Positions 1-10,701 of a DNA stretch of 64,000 bases are shown here, piece after piece. The notes beneath the pieces are model-generated. The model saw nothing but the letters and a program-made list of their open reading frames with translations. It made no database searches and was not told the origin of the DNA. Position 1 is the stretch's first letter, and every line of letters starts with the position of its first letter. The DNA lies in the NCBI GenBank assembly GCA_965216725.1, contig CBDCGI010000022.1, positions 64,438 through 128,437 of the forward strand, given 5' to 3'. The position numbers and the translations under genes were made by a program. The DNA comes from Acidimicrobiia bacterium. GTDB lineage: Bacteria > Actinomycetota > Acidimicrobiia > Spongiisociales > ZC4RG35.

Positions 1-561
1 CCTAACTCGCACCCGATCACATCGTCGTGTGTGTAGACGCGGAAAGTGGGGCCCATGAAGAGTTGTTGAGCCTCGCTGACAAGCTCCTGATCGGCGAGTG
101 CAACCACCGCGGCGGTCGGCTGGCCTCCGATGACCTCCTTGGCCAGATTGGGTCCGGTGAGCACTCCAATGCGACCGCTGTCGAGCTGGGGGCACACCTC
201 GCCGATGACTCCAGTCATCGTGGCCAGGCTCGTTTGCTCGATACCTTTGGACAGGGATATGACCGGGGTCGTTTCTGGTAATTCTGTGCCGAACTCTTCG
301 AGGACCGTTCTCAGGCCGTGTGACGGCACAGCCACCACCACGATCGAAGCTTCGGCGACGCACTCTTTGAGGTCGGAGGTGGCATGAAGCGACTTGGGCA
401 GGTCGAAACCGGTGAGATAGTCAGGATTCTGCCCGATGGCGTTTATCTGCTCAGCGAGCGAGTGGCGCCTCGCCCACAAGGAGACATCCGCCTTGCCGGC
501 AGCGAGGGCGGCGGCAGTGGTTCCCCAAGATCCGGCTCCGATGACAGCGACCTTTTCCATG
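1..561 (-). CDS. gpsA: NAD(P)H-dependent glycerol-3-phosphate dehydrogenase, partial (C-terminus runs off the window edge)
   Basis: The reverse-complement translation begins at the ATG ending at 561 with MEKVAVIGAGSWGT, a Rossmann GxGxxG N-terminus typical of GpsA. It continues in frame to position 1 with no stop. It is absent from the ORF track because it is open-ended. Confidence 0.75.
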
Positions 562-611
562 GCGGCACCGTAGCCGTCTAGGAGGGACTGCCGCCCTAAC
601 CTGCCCGCTTC

Positions 612-1694
612 ATGAGTCTCGAGATCGGGATCGTGGGCCTCCCCAACGTCGGGAAATCGACGTTGTTCAATGCACTCACGGGAGCCACGATCCTTGCCGC
701 CAACTATCCGTTCGCAACTATTGAGCCGAACGTCGGAGTGGTGCCATTGCCCGACCCCCGGCTCGGGGTCCTCGGCAGGTTGTTCGAGTCGGCGCGTGTC
801 GTGCCGGCAACGGTCACTTTCGTCGATATTGCCGGGCTGGTTCGAGGTGCGAGTCAGGGGGAGGGCCTGGGCAACCGATTCCTGGCCAACATTCGCGAGG
901 TTTCGGCGGTGTGTCATGTCGTAAGAGCGTTCAGCTCGCCGGATGTGGCCCACGTGGCTGAGTCGGCCGACCCCGAAGGGGATATCGAGACTGTGGAGAC
1001 GGAGCTCGCGTTGGCAGACTTGCAGACCCTCGACAAGCGTCTTCCCCGGCTGGAGAAGGAAGCCGCTGTGGACCGCTCGCTAGGCCGCGTTGTAGCCACG
1101 CTGGAAGCCGCCAGGGCGGTGGTCGCGTCAGGCGGAATGATCTCCGGATCGCCTCAGTTGGCTGCCGACGTCGCTTCCAACTCCGACCTACGCCTGCTCA
1201 CGGCCAAGCCCATCATCTATGTCTTCAACTGCGACGAGGCCACTTTGGGCGACACCGGCCGCCGTGAGGAGTTGGCCGAAATGGTGGCACCTGCCCGAAG
1301 CGTGTTCCTCGATGCCCAATTGGAAGCCGACCTGGTCGGACTCGACCACGAAGAGCGCTCTGAGCTGCTCGAGTCGGTGGGCCAAACGGAACCTGGGCTG
1401 TTCACTCTCGCCCGCGCTGCCTACGGGACGCTTGGGCTGCAGAGTTTCCTGACGGTCGGTCCGAAGGAGGCTCGAGCATGGACCATCCCCGGCGGAGCCA
1501 CGGCTCTCGAAGCCGCGGCTTTGATACACACCGACTTTGCTAGAGGCTTCATCGCCGCCGAGGTTATCTCCTACGACCAGCTGATTGGGGCGGGATCTTG
1601 GAGCGAGGCACGACGCTCGGGCTTGGTGAGAACTGAGGGGAGGGCCTACCGGATGCAGCCAGGGGATGTAGTGGAGTTCAGGTTCAACGTATGA
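612..1694 (+). CDS. ychF: ribosome-binding ATPase YchF (Obg-family GTPase)
   Basis: N-terminus MSLEIGIVGLPNVGKSTLFNALT carries the G1 P-loop. 360 aa. The TGS-like C-terminus matches YchF. Confidence 0.9.
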   Translation: MSLEIGIVGLPNVGKSTLFNALTGATILAANYPFATIEPNVGVVPLPDPRLGVLGRLFESARVVPATVTFVDIAGLVRGASQGEGLGNRFLANIREVSAVCHVVRAFSSPDVAHVAESADPEGDIETVETELALADLQTLDKRLPRLEKEAAVDRSLGRVVATLEAARAVVASGGMISGSPQLAADVASNSDLRLLTAKPIIYVFNCDEATLGDTGRREELAEMVAPARSVFLDAQLEADLVGLDHEERSELLESVGQTEPGLFTLARAAYGTLGLQSFLTVGPKEARAWTIPGGATALEAAALIHTDFARGFIAAEVISYDQLIGAGSWSEARRSGLVRTEGRAYRMQPGDVVEFRFNV

Positions 1695-1718
1695 GACAGC
1701 CCTACTAGGTTCCCTCCC

Positions 1719-3902
1719 GTGCTCATCTTTGCCGCCGCAGAGGGCGGTTCTCTTGCCTCACCGCTGAGCGAACACGAAGTTCTCCTTTTCCTGGTTCAAC
1801 TTGCCCTGCTGGTGGGCGTCGCCCGGATTTTCGGATGGCTGATGAAGCTGGTCGGCCAACCTCCGGTAGTTGGAGAGCTCCTGGCCGGGGTGGTCCTCGG
1901 ACCGACGATCTTCGGTCGGCTGGCGCCCGACGCCTTCGATTGGGTGTTCGGCGACCCAACGGTGACGTCGGTGATGTTTGGCATCGCCTGGCTGGGCGTG
2001 ATCATGCTGCTGGTTTCAATTGGTTTCGAGACCGATTTGGCGATCATTGCCCGATACCGGGCAGCAGCCCTCTGGGTGGCGGCCGGAGCCCTCTTGGTTC
2101 CGTTTGCCGCAACGGGTTCGCTGGCCTTCGCCGTACCGGATTCGTTCGTCGGAGAGGGCGTCGAGCGAGCGGTGTTTGCAGGATTCCTCGCCCTCGCGCT
2201 ATCGGTTGCCGCTTTGCCGGTTGTGGCCAAGATTCTTCAAGACCTCGGCTTTCTGCGACGAAACTTCGGGCAGGTGACCCTGGCGGCCGGCATGACCATG
2301 GACATGGTCGGATGGCTGATCTTGGCGGCCCTGTCTGGTATCGCCCTCGACGGATTCGATCCGGCAAAGCTGATCCGCTCGTTCACCGGGCTGATCCTCT
2401 TTGTTCTGTTCGTAGTCACGCTTGGCCGCTGGTTTCTCGATCGTCTGTTCCGATTTGTGATGGCGAAGGGGTCGTCAGTCACGGCAGCGGTGACGATCAC
2501 GTTGGTGGCAGCTCTGGTCGGCGGAATAGTCACCCAGGCGCTGAACCTCGAGGCAATTCTCGGTGCCTTCGTGGTGGGCATCCTCGTCGCTGGGCTCCGT
2601 CATCAGCTTCCCGCAGTCCGGTCTGTGGTCGAGACCACCACCACTGCATTCTTTGCTCCGGTCTTCTTTGCCTTCTCCGGTCTTCGTGTCGACGTCGGCC
2701 TGCTCGACAGCACCGAGGCGGTGTTGTGGACGATCGGCCTGGTGGTGGTGGCGGTTGTGGCCAAGATCGTGGGGACTTTTGCCGGGGGCTTTCTGGGAGG
2801 CGTCAGAGGTCGCGAGGCTTTTGCGCTGGGCGCCGGGCTTTCTGCCTTGGGCGCAATGGGAATCGTCGTGGCGATTGTCGGCCTGAATCTGGGAGTCGTC
2901 TCCGAGACCGGATATACGGTGATGGTCCTTGCCGCCATTGTCACCTCGATTGGCGCACCTCAAATGCTGCGCGCGGCCGTATCGGGTTGGGAAGTGCCGA
3001 CTGAAGAAGCGGAACGTCTGCAAGCCGAGGAGATTCGAGCCTCCTCGGAGATCCTGGCCGCAAAGAGAATCCTCCTCCCGACGCGCGGGGGCGCCAACAG
3101 CAGGTACGCGGCACAGTTGATCTCGGCAGTGTTCCCCGAGGCCGAGGTCACGGTGCTTGTGGTCGATCTGGCGCCGAGCAGGCTCTGGTTCAGGCTCACG
3201 CGCCGGGTTGAGGGAGAGCCGGCGGATGCCACCGATGTGCTGGAGAAGATAGACAGGAATCGAACGATCAGGAGGATTGCCAGAGATCCTGCGGTCGCAA
3301 TCGTCCGCGAGTCGTCCCTGGGCTACGACCTCGTCGTCCTGGGAGCCACCGAAACGAGGGAAAGCACCTTCAACTCGGTCATCGACAGGGTCGTGGCCCG
3401 AGTCGAGACGCCGGCGATCGTGGTGCGGTTCCCGACCGACCACGAGGTGACCGACGAGTTGCCGGCCAATGTGTTGGTTCCTGTGACGGCCACCCGCTCG
3501 ACGAGGGCCGCCGAAGAATTCGCCTACTCGGTATCCAAAGCCGCCGGCGGCCGCTCGTTCGCCCTTCACGTGGTCAACAGGCCCGAAGGCTCCAGTCTCC
3601 TGCTGGAGAGTGGATCCGTGGATGACAGCATTCGCGCCGCGCAGGCGATGGTCACAACGGCAGCAGCATTTGGCGAACGGCTTGGGGTATCAGTGGAGAC
3701 TGCCGTGAAGGTGGCACCCAACGCGGAGGAAGAGGTTGTCAACTTCGCCAATTCCGGCGCCTTCGACCTGCTGGTGCTCGGGACGTCTTCCAGGGCTCTC
3801 ACCGGCAGGCCCTTTTACGGTCATCGGGTCTCGTACATGCTCGAGAAGGCCGATCTCCCGGTGGCAGTGGTCAGCCTTCCCCGCTCCCGAACGACGAACT
3901 AA
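1719..3902 (+). CDS. CPA2-family cation/proton antiporter fused to two C-terminal universal stress protein (Usp) domains
   Basis: The N-terminal part is about 400 aa of polytopic membrane with Na+/H+ exchanger-like helices. The C-terminal 300 aa contain two Usp-like alpha/beta repeats. 727 aa, GTG start. Confidence 0.75.
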   Translation: MLIFAAAEGGSLASPLSEHEVLLFLVQLALLVGVARIFGWLMKLVGQPPVVGELLAGVVLGPTIFGRLAPDAFDWVFGDPTVTSVMFGIAWLGVIMLLVSIGFETDLAIIARYRAAALWVAAGALLVPFAATGSLAFAVPDSFVGEGVERAVFAGFLALALSVAALPVVAKILQDLGFLRRNFGQVTLAAGMTMDMVGWLILAALSGIALDGFDPAKLIRSFTGLILFVLFVVTLGRWFLDRLFRFVMAKGSSVTAAVTITLVAALVGGIVTQALNLEAILGAFVVGILVAGLRHQLPAVRSVVETTTTAFFAPVFFAFSGLRVDVGLLDSTEAVLWTIGLVVVAVVAKIVGTFAGGFLGGVRGREAFALGAGLSALGAMGIVVAIVGLNLGVVSETGYTVMVLAAIVTSIGAPQMLRAAVSGWEVPTEEAERLQAEEIRASSEILAAKRILLPTRGGANSRYAAQLISAVFPEAEVTVLVVDLAPSRLWFRLTRRVEGEPADATDVLEKIDRNRTIRRIARDPAVAIVRESSLGYDLVVLGATETRESTFNSVIDRVVARVETPAIVVRFPTDHEVTDELPANVLVPVTATRSTRAAEEFAYSVSKAAGGRSFALHVVNRPEGSSLLLESGSVDDSIRAAQAMVTTAAAFGERLGVSVETAVKVAPNAEEEVVNFANSGAFDLLVLGTSSRALTGRPFYGHRVSYMLEKADLPVAVVSLPRSRTTN

Positions 3903-3954
3903 CTCCATGGTCGGAGAACTCGTGCTCCAGGCTTATGATGGCAATGCCGTCAAT

Positions 3955-4092
3955 ATCGAGCGGGAGAGATCCGGTCGTTGACCGGGCGCCGAAGGGGCAA
4001 CACCTCCCGGAAACTCTCAGGCATCTGGACCGTTCGATCAGGCAAGCTGGAGGAGACGACAGCTGGGAGGGCAGGAGTCCACAAGGAAGCGC
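3955..4092 (+). promoter_or_regulatory. glycine riboswitch (single aptamer) in the gcvP leader
   Basis: 3961-4035 reads GGAGAGatCc...GGgCGCCGAAGGGGCAAcacctcccggAAaCTCTCAGGCAtctGGACcG. These are the conserved GGAGAG, CGCCGAAGGrGCAA and CTCTCAGGCA..GGAC blocks of the glycine aptamer. An aaggaag RBS sits 7 nt before the gcvP ATG at 4093. No convincing second aptamer. Confidence 0.6.
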
Positions 4093-6918
4093 ATGCCCAA
4101 CCCTCTCGAAACGTTCTCAAACCGCCACATCGGTCCCAGAGGCGACGACATAGCCAAGATGCTCGCCACGGTTGGTGCAGGTTCGCTGGACGACCTGATC
4201 GCCGAAACGGTTCCGCAGGCGATCCTCAACACAGAGCTTGATCTGCCGAGCGGCCTATCTGAGGCGGAGACCGTGCAGCGTCTTGCGGAGTACGCATCAA
4301 AGAACGAGGTCATACCCTCGCTCATCGGGCTCGGCTACTACAACACTCTCGTTCCTGCGGTGATCCAGAGGAACGTGCTGGAAAACCCGGCCTGGTACAC
4401 CGCCTACACTCCCTATCAGCCCGAGATCTCCCAAGGGCGGTTGGAGGCCCTCCTCAACTTCCAGACCATGGTCTCGGACTTGACCGGTCTCGAGGTGGCC
4501 AACTCCTCGCTCCTCGATGAGCCGACAGCCGCCGCTGAAGCCATGGCCATGTGCCGTCGGCTGGGGCCAAAAGATCGCCACGTCTTCTACGTCGACGACG
4601 ATTGTCACCCGGCGACCATTGCGGTCGTCGAAACCAGGGCGGCGTCGAGTGGTGTTGACGTCCGCAGGTTGTCCGAGGAACCTGTCCCGGAAGACGCGTT
4701 TGGCGTCCTGCTCCAATATCCGGGCTCTAGCGGCGAGCTGGTGGACCACTCGGGTCTCATCGCAGATTTCAAAGCGGCAGACGCCCTGGTGGTCATGGCC
4801 ACCGATCTCCTTGCCTTGGCGCTGCTGAGGGCCCCAGGAGAGATGGGCGCCGACATCGCTGTGGGTTCGGCGCAGCGATTTGGCGTGCCTCTCGGCTATG
4901 GCGGCCCCCATGCCGGCTTCATCTCCACACGGGAATCCATGGTGCGTGCCCTACCCGGGAGGCTGGTGGGGGTTTCCCGGGACACCGGTGGCCGTATCGC
5001 ATATCGGCTGGCCCTTCAGACGAGGGAACAGCACATCAGAAGAGAGAAGGCAACTTCGAACGTCTGCACCGCACAGGTCCTTCTCGCGGTCATGGCAGGG
5101 CTCTACGGGTCCTGGCACGGTCCCGAGGGAATCGTGGGCATCGCTTCTGAAGTCAATCGGCTTACCGGACTCCTGGTAGCCACGCTGAAGAGTCGAGGCT
5201 TTGAAGTCTCCAACCAACACTTCTTCGACACCGTCACCGTGGCGGTGCCCGGCGCGGCAACGAGGGTGGTTGAGGATGCGCTCAGGGCCGGGGTGAACCT
5301 GGGTTTGGTCGATAATGACCATGTTCGCATAGCCCTCGACGAGACCACGGACGAGTCAGTGGTGGCGCAGGCATTGGCCGGATTTGGAATCGGTGACATG
5401 GTGACCGAGCCCGCGGCTGGGATTCCGAGCTCGCTGACCCGGACCTCTGAGTTCATGACTCACCCGGTCTTCTCGGAGCACAGGTCGGAGCATGGGATGC
5501 TTCGCTACCTACGTCGCCTCGCAGACCGCGATCTCGCGCTGGACCGTTCAATGATCCCTCTCGGTTCTTGCACGATGAAGCTCAACGCAACCACCGAGAT
5601 GATCCCCATCACCTGGCCCGAGTTCTCTTCGATCCATCCGTACGCCCCGACCGACCAGGCCGCCGGGTACCGGGAGCTGATTCGCGATCTCGAGTCGGCG
5701 CTTTGCGCGATCACTGGATATGACGCAGTGTCCCTTCAGCCGAACGCCGGATCCCAAGGCGAGCTGGCCGGACTCCTCGCGATTCGCGCTTACCACCGGA
5801 GCCGTGGTGAAGGAGAGCGTGACATATGCCTGATTCCGAGTTCAGCTCATGGGACCAATGCCGCCTCAGCCGTCATGGCAGGCATGGAGATTCGTGTGGT
5901 TGGCACCGACCGCGGCGGCAACATCGATCTAGATGACTTGGCGACCAAGGCCTCCGATGCGGGCGGCCGTCTTGCAGCTCTGATGGTCACATATCCCTCG
6001 ACGCACGGCGTCTTCGAGGAAGGTGTGACGGCAGCCGCCGACCTCGTGCATGATCATGGGGGTCAGGTCTACATCGACGGAGCCAACCTCAACGCCTTGG
6101 TCGGTCTGGCCCGGCCTGCTGACATCGGTGCGGACGTCGGCCACCTCAATCTGCACAAGACATTCACCATCCCTCATGGCGGCGGCGGTCCGGGCGTAGG
6201 GCCGGTCGGAGTCAAAGAGCATCTGGCGCCGTACCTTCCCAATCACCCACTTGACGAAGGGGCCGGACCAGTGACGGGGATTGGCCCCATTTCGGGCGCT
6301 CCATTCGGCTCTGCCGGGATCCTTCCCATCCCACTCGCCTACATCTTGCTGATGGGCGGCGACGGGCTCCGTCAGGCGACCAAGGTCGCAATTCTCTCCG
6401 CAAATTATGTCGCTAAACGCCTCGACCCGTATTTCCCGGTCTTGTACAAGGGCGCCCGGGATCGGGTTGCACACGAGTGCATCGTGGATTTGCGGCCCAT
6501 GACCAAAGAGAGTGGGATCACAGCGGAGGACGTTGCCAAGCGGCTCGCCGACTATGGGTTTCATGCTCCGACCCTGGCCTTTCCGGTTCCTGGCACCCTG
6601 ATGATCGAGCCCACCGAGTCGGAGGATCTCAAAGAGATTGATCGATTTTGCGAGGCGATGATCTCCATCAGGGCAGAGGCGGACAAAGTCGTGGCGGGGG
6701 AGTGGCCGGCGGATGACAATCCACTGGTGAACGCTCCACACAGCGCCTTCGACTTGTTGGTTGAGGACTGGGACCACTCCTACTCGCGGATCGAGGCCGG
6801 GACGCCGCCGGGTATGGAGAACCGCGACAAGTATTGGCCGCCCGTCAGCCGCATCGATGGCGTTGGTGGTGACCGCAATCTCGTCTGCGCCTGCCCTCCC
6901 CTCGACGCGTACCAGTGA
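4093..6918 (+). CDS. gcvP: glycine dehydrogenase (decarboxylating), glycine cleavage system P protein
   Basis: 941 aa single-chain P protein. N-terminus [15 protein letters not shown]. The PLP-lysine region NLHKTF is present. Confidence 0.95.
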   Translation: MPNPLETFSNRHIGPRGDDIAKMLATVGAGSLDDLIAETVPQAILNTELDLPSGLSEAETVQRLAEYASKNEVIPSLIGLGYYNTLVPAVIQRNVLENPAWYTAYTPYQPEISQGRLEALLNFQTMVSDLTGLEVANSSLLDEPTAAAEAMAMCRRLGPKDRHVFYVDDDCHPATIAVVETRAASSGVDVRRLSEEPVPEDAFGVLLQYPGSSGELVDHSGLIADFKAADALVVMATDLLALALLRAPGEMGADIAVGSAQRFGVPLGYGGPHAGFISTRESMVRALPGRLVGVSRDTGGRIAYRLALQTREQHIRREKATSNVCTAQVLLAVMAGLYGSWHGPEGIVGIASEVNRLTGLLVATLKSRGFEVSNQHFFDTVTVAVPGAATRVVEDALRAGVNLGLVDNDHVRIALDETTDESVVAQALAGFGIGDMVTEPAAGIPSSLTRTSEFMTHPVFSEHRSEHGMLRYLRRLADRDLALDRSMIPLGSCTMKLNATTEMIPITWPEFSSIHPYAPTDQAAGYRELIRDLESALCAITGYDAVSLQPNAGSQGELAGLLAIRAYHRSRGEGERDICLIPSSAHGTNAASAVMAGMEIRVVGTDRGGNIDLDDLATKASDAGGRLAALMVTYPSTHGVFEEGVTAAADLVHDHGGQVYIDGANLNALVGLARPADIGADVGHLNLHKTFTIPHGGGGPGVGPVGVKEHLAPYLPNHPLDEGAGPVTGIGPISGAPFGSAGILPIPLAYILLMGGDGLRQATKVAILSANYVAKRLDPYFPVLYKGARDRVAHECIVDLRPMTKESGITAEDVAKRLADYGFHAPTLAFPVPGTLMIEPTESEDLKEIDRFCEAMISIRAEADKVVAGEWPADDNPLVNAPHSAFDLLVEDWDHSYSRIEAGTPPGMENRDKYWPPVSRIDGVGGDRNLVCACPPLDAYQ

Positions 6919-6980
6919 TCGCACCTTGACAAAGCCTCCAATGGTGGGAAGGTGACTGTTCTGGAAGGGGATTCGGACTC

Positions 6981-8354
6981 GTGAAATTCAAAGGGCAGCT
7001 GAAATTCCCGGATGTCGACCATCCGGGCATACCGGTCGCGCTCCTGCTGGACGACATGCACCTCGAGGTTCGTGTCGACGAGGAATCTGTCGGCCGCTGG
7101 TCGCTCATCGACGTCGAGGCCAGCCGATTGATCGCGGCCGCGTTTGAGGTGAATCTCGGGGGCGAGGAAATCACTTTCATAGCTGAAGAGCCCCTCGACT
7201 TCGCGTACAAAGGCGTGGAGCACATGGCCGAGACCTGGGCCCGGGTCAAGGCCCACTCCCTTCCTCGCCGTGGCGTGGTCATAAGAAAGTCCCGGAAAGA
7301 CACCATTCCATCGCGTCTCGGCGAGCTTCGTTCAGCGGTGCTCGAGGAAATGGACGAGTCCACGCCTGCCGCTGCCCGGCATGTGACTCCGGCACCCGGG
7401 CCGATTGAGGCCAGAGTCTCTGAACTGCGGGATAGAGCCCGCCCCTCAGAAGTGGGTCGGGACAGTGAGGAAAAGGCGCCGGAGATGCCGGGAGCGCCGC
7501 GAGCAGACGAGCCGCCTAAGAAGCCAGTGCTGATCCCCGGTCCTGGGATCGTTACCGCCGTCGGAAGCACAAGCGCCTCCGAGAAGCCCGACTCGGGCCC
7601 GCAGGCCCAGGCTCCCGCCGTCTCAGTCGTGTCAGAGGCGGAGAAACCGCCGACTGAGATGGAGCCTGTCTCGGAACCAGAGCTGAAAGAAATCCCGGCC
7701 ACCGACGTCGAGAGCGAGCTGGCAAGTGCGCCCGAGTCACCTAGTGAGGCTGAGGTCGAGCCGCAACCGGAGACAGCTGAAGCGCAGCCTGAGACAGAGC
7801 CCGTGGTCGAGGCGGTGAGTGCGCTCGACACAGAGCCCGAGGCGGTAATCGAGCCCGAGGCCGCAATCGAGCCCGCGGCGACGGAGGAACTGACGGAAGA
7901 CACCCTGGCGGCAGTCGACGGGGCAGCACAGTCAGATCATGAGCCGGCCGCCCACGTCGAGGATGAGGCTGCCGAAGAGCCCGATCGAGCGAGTCGAGCC
8001 GATCAGGATTCTTCCGAGATTGAGCTACCGCAAGAGACCAAAGAGCTGATTGGTACTCCGGCGGGTTCGGACGAAGGTCTCTTCGTCGACCTCGGGAACT
8101 ACGAGGGCGAGCAAGATGACGAATCTCCTCCGGCCGCCGACGAAGACAGAGCTCCCGATGGGCCGCCGGACAAAGAGCCGGCCCTGGTTGGCAGCGAGGT
8201 AGAGAAATCGGGGCTCCTCGGCGCGGTTCGTTCTGCGTTCGGGCGCAATCGGGTGCCGCACGAACACGAATTTGTGGATGCTCCCGGAGGCATGGGCCTT
8301 ACCCGCCAGATCTGTGTCGAGTGCGGGCATATCTCAATCAGATCCGACGACTGA
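6981..8354 (+). CDS. hypothetical protein: about 110-aa N-terminal globular domain, about 300-aa acidic Pro/Glu/Ala-rich disordered region with EPEA(V/A)IEP-type repeats, C-terminal CxxC..H tail
   Basis: Long ORF co-directional with gcvP. The 18-nt gag/gcc tandem repeats also give an antisense Ser-rich ORF (6845..7903), which is rejected. No family recognised. Confidence 0.5.
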   Translation: MKFKGQLKFPDVDHPGIPVALLLDDMHLEVRVDEESVGRWSLIDVEASRLIAAAFEVNLGGEEITFIAEEPLDFAYKGVEHMAETWARVKAHSLPRRGVVIRKSRKDTIPSRLGELRSAVLEEMDESTPAAARHVTPAPGPIEARVSELRDRARPSEVGRDSEEKAPEMPGAPRADEPPKKPVLIPGPGIVTAVGSTSASEKPDSGPQAQAPAVSVVSEAEKPPTEMEPVSEPELKEIPATDVESELASAPESPSEAEVEPQPETAEAQPETEPVVEAVSALDTEPEAVIEPEAAIEPAATEELTEDTLAAVDGAAQSDHEPAAHVEDEAAEEPDRASRADQDSSEIELPQETKELIGTPAGSDEGLFVDLGNYEGEQDDESPPAADEDRAPDGPPDKEPALVGSEVEKSGLLGAVRSAFGRNRVPHEHEFVDAPGGMGLTRQICVECGHISIRSDD

Positions 8355-8393
8355 GGCTCGTTCTTCCCAGAGCCGCCGGGTTACTCTCCTCCG

Positions 8394-9440
8394 GTGTCCG
8401 TCGTTCTCCGACCTGTGATCCTGTCTGGTGGAGCCGGTACCCGGCTCTGGCCACTGTCCACCGAGGCAAAGCCGAAGCAATTCCTGGAACTCGTGGGAGA
8501 GCCGCTGATGGATCAAGCGCTCAGGCGTTTGTCCCATGTGCCCGGCGTGGCGGGACCGGTGATCGTGACGGGAACCGATCACGTGGGTCTGGTCGTGGCT
8601 GCGTCGTCCCGTGCCGGCGTCGAGCCTCATCTCACGATCGTCGAGCCGGAAGGTCGTAACACGGGACCCGCCGTGGTTGCCGCTGCGCTGGCTTCAGATC
8701 CGAATGACGTCCTCGTGGTGCTTCCCGCAGACCATCTCATCGAAGACCGCGATGGCTTCGGTCGTCTGGTTGAACAGTCCTCATCACTCGCTTTTGATGG
8801 AATGTTGGTCACCTTCGGAATCGTCCCCACAAGGGCCGAGGTCGGCTACGGCTACATCGAGGTTGGGGAGGAATTGAGCGTTGGTCATCGGGTGTCGAAG
8901 TTCACCGAGAAACCCGATCTGGAGACGGCTGAAGTCTTTGTAGCCGGCGGCCGTCACCTCTGGAATTCGGGAATCTTCATGTTTCGGGCAGATGTGCTTG
9001 TCGACGAGGCAAGAGCGGTGGCACCCACTCTTTCGGAAGCAGTCGAAAGTGCAATGCAACGCCCGACTGATGGAGTGCTCAGGCTCGATGCTCGATTCGC
9101 CTCGGCCCAGTCGATTTCGCTCGACCATGCGGTCATGGAGAAGACTGAAAAGGCGGCGGTGGTTCCTGCCGACATTGGCTGGTCGGATCTCGGCTCGTGG
9201 GAATCGGTGTGGGAGGCCGCTGAGAAAGACGCTTCCGGAAACGCCGTGATGGGCGACGTAGTCACCATTGGCGTATCCGGCTCACTCGTGAGAGCTGAAG
9301 GACGGCGCGTTGCCCTCGCCGGAGTGAACGATGTCATCGTCGTGGAGACCGACCACGCCATCCTCGTCGTGGGTAAGCAGGCTTCTCAAGAGGTGAGGGA
9401 GCTGGCGGCATTAGACCGCCCGGTCGAAGACCAGCGATGA
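8394..9440 (+). CDS. mannose-1-phosphate guanylyltransferase (GDP-mannose pyrophosphorylase, no PMI domain)
   Basis: N-terminus VILSGGAGTRLWPLS is the nucleotidyl-transferase G-rich loop. 348 aa. It has a C-terminal left-handed beta-helix-like tail. Confidence 0.8.
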   Translation: MSVVLRPVILSGGAGTRLWPLSTEAKPKQFLELVGEPLMDQALRRLSHVPGVAGPVIVTGTDHVGLVVAASSRAGVEPHLTIVEPEGRNTGPAVVAAALASDPNDVLVVLPADHLIEDRDGFGRLVEQSSSLAFDGMLVTFGIVPTRAEVGYGYIEVGEELSVGHRVSKFTEKPDLETAEVFVAGGRHLWNSGIFMFRADVLVDEARAVAPTLSEAVESAMQRPTDGVLRLDARFASAQSISLDHAVMEKTEKAAVVPADIGWSDLGSWESVWEAAEKDASGNAVMGDVVTIGVSGSLVRAEGRRVALAGVNDVIVVETDHAILVVGKQASQEVRELAALDRPVEDQR

Positions 9441-9748
9441 AACGCCGCTGGATGGGGGTGGTGATGGTCATGGCTCTGAGCGTGATGGCATGTTCCGCCT
9501 CCGTGGCTGAGAACGCGGAGGGCCGTCAGATCTATCTCGCGCTTTGTGCCCGCTGTCACGGTGAGGGGTTGGAGGGGTTGGTCGGACCGCCGCTTGGTCC
9601 GGATTCGAACGCGGCGATTCGTCCGGACGAATTCCTCGTGTTCACCATCGAGAACGGCCGCGGCAGGATGCCTTCGTTCAAATCAGTCCTCGACGATGAC
9701 CAGGTCGACCGTTTGGTCGCCTATGTCAGGGAGGTACAGGAAGGGTGA
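9437..9748 (+). CDS. class I c-type cytochrome (signal peptide, CxxCH haem site)
   Basis: The hydrophobic leader MKRRWMGVVMVMALSVMAC is followed by CARCHG (CxxCH) and a downstream GRMP Met-ligand region. The ATGA start overlaps the stop of the upstream gene. Confidence 0.7.
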   Translation: MKRRWMGVVMVMALSVMACSASVAENAEGRQIYLALCARCHGEGLEGLVGPPLGPDSNAAIRPDEFLVFTIENGRGRMPSFKSVLDDDQVDRLVAYVREVQEG

Positions 9749-10674
9749 ACGAGCTGCTCCAATCGCTTGACCTTCATCCGGTGAGGATTCCTCTCCGTCA
9801 CCGGTTCCGAAGAGTCGACCATCGTGAGGCGGTGCTGATTAAAGGGCCTGCTGGCTGGGGCGAGTTCTCCCCTTTCCCCGACTATCCGCCTCAGGTGACC
9901 ACGAGATGGCTGGCGTCTGCGTTGGAGTCCGCTTGCGGCCGACTTCCCGACGCAGGGCGTTCCGAAGTCCTGGTAAACGTTACGGTGCCGTCTGTCGACC
10001 CGATGACCGCGAAGCGCCTCGTCATCGAATCGGGTGCGGCCACGGCCAAGGTCAAGGTCGGGGAGCCGGATCAACCCGAGGCCTTCGAGCTCGAGCGTGT
10101 CACCGCCGTACGTGAGGCGCTCGGACCGGACGGAAGGATTCGTATCGACGTCAACGGGGCCTGGGATGTCGAGACCGCCTACCAGCGGATACAAAGCCTG
10201 TCACATCTCGGCTTGGAGTATGTGGAGCAGCCGGTCGCATCGATTGACGAGATGGTCGAGCTGAGAGGTCGAGTGGACGTGGCCTTGGCGGCCGACGAGT
10301 CGGTTCGCCTCGAAGCTGACCCGTTGCGGGTGGTGGAGGCTGGGGGCGCGGATTTCCTCGTGCTCAAGGTGCAGCCAATGGGGGGTGTGGCTCGAGTCGT
10401 CGATCTCGCGGCTCGCGCCCAGATTCCGGTCGTGATCAGCTCTGCTCTAGAGACGTCTGTTGGCCTCTACTCAGGTCTGCTTGCTGCGTCCCTGGTAACT
10501 CCAGCGGGCACTGCCTGTGGTCTGGGGACAGCAACACTCCTTTCGGGTGATGTCACACATCAATCTCTCCTGCCTCGGAATGGGAAGCTGCGCAATCCGG
10601 CGTCCCGAGCCGGACGTCGACATGCTGGAGCGGTTGCGACCCGAGAAGGGCCACGAGGCGGAGATGCTGCGTAA
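9745..10674 (+). CDS. menC: o-succinylbenzoate synthase (enolase superfamily); 3' end probably frameshifted, see findings
   Basis: GTG start overlaps the cytochrome c stop. N-terminus VRIPLRHRF..WGEFSPFPDY is typical of actinobacterial OSBS. The annotated C-terminus is Arg/Ala/Gly-rich, typical of out-of-frame translation. Confidence 0.75.
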   Translation: MNELLQSLDLHPVRIPLRHRFRRVDHREAVLIKGPAGWGEFSPFPDYPPQVTTRWLASALESACGRLPDAGRSEVLVNVTVPSVDPMTAKRLVIESGAATAKVKVGEPDQPEAFELERVTAVREALGPDGRIRIDVNGAWDVETAYQRIQSLSHLGLEYVEQPVASIDEMVELRGRVDVALAADESVRLEADPLRVVEAGGADFLVLKVQPMGGVARVVDLAARAQIPVVISSALETSVGLYSGLLAASLVTPAGTACGLGTATLLSGDVTHQSLLPRNGKLRNPASRAGRRHAGAVATREGPRGGDAA

Positions 10675-10701
10675 GGTCCGTGCTGCGGCGGAGGTGCTCA
10701 C

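Noticed and set aside
2475-3569. 364-aa minus-strand ORF, and a 389-aa plus-strand ORF at 1835..3004
   Set aside because: Both are embedded in the antiporter-Usp gene. Arg/Gly/His-rich composition is typical of out-of-frame or antisense high-GC translation.
5929-6924. 331-aa minus-strand ORF
   Set aside because: Antisense to gcvP. Arg/Gly-rich with no features.
6845-7903. 352-aa Ser/Ala/Gly-rich ORF on the minus strand
   Set aside because: It is the antisense reading of the gag/gcc repeat region of the acidic protein at 6981..8354. The low-complexity product is typical of a repeat antisense artefact, and the plus-strand ORF is longer and co-directional with gcvP.
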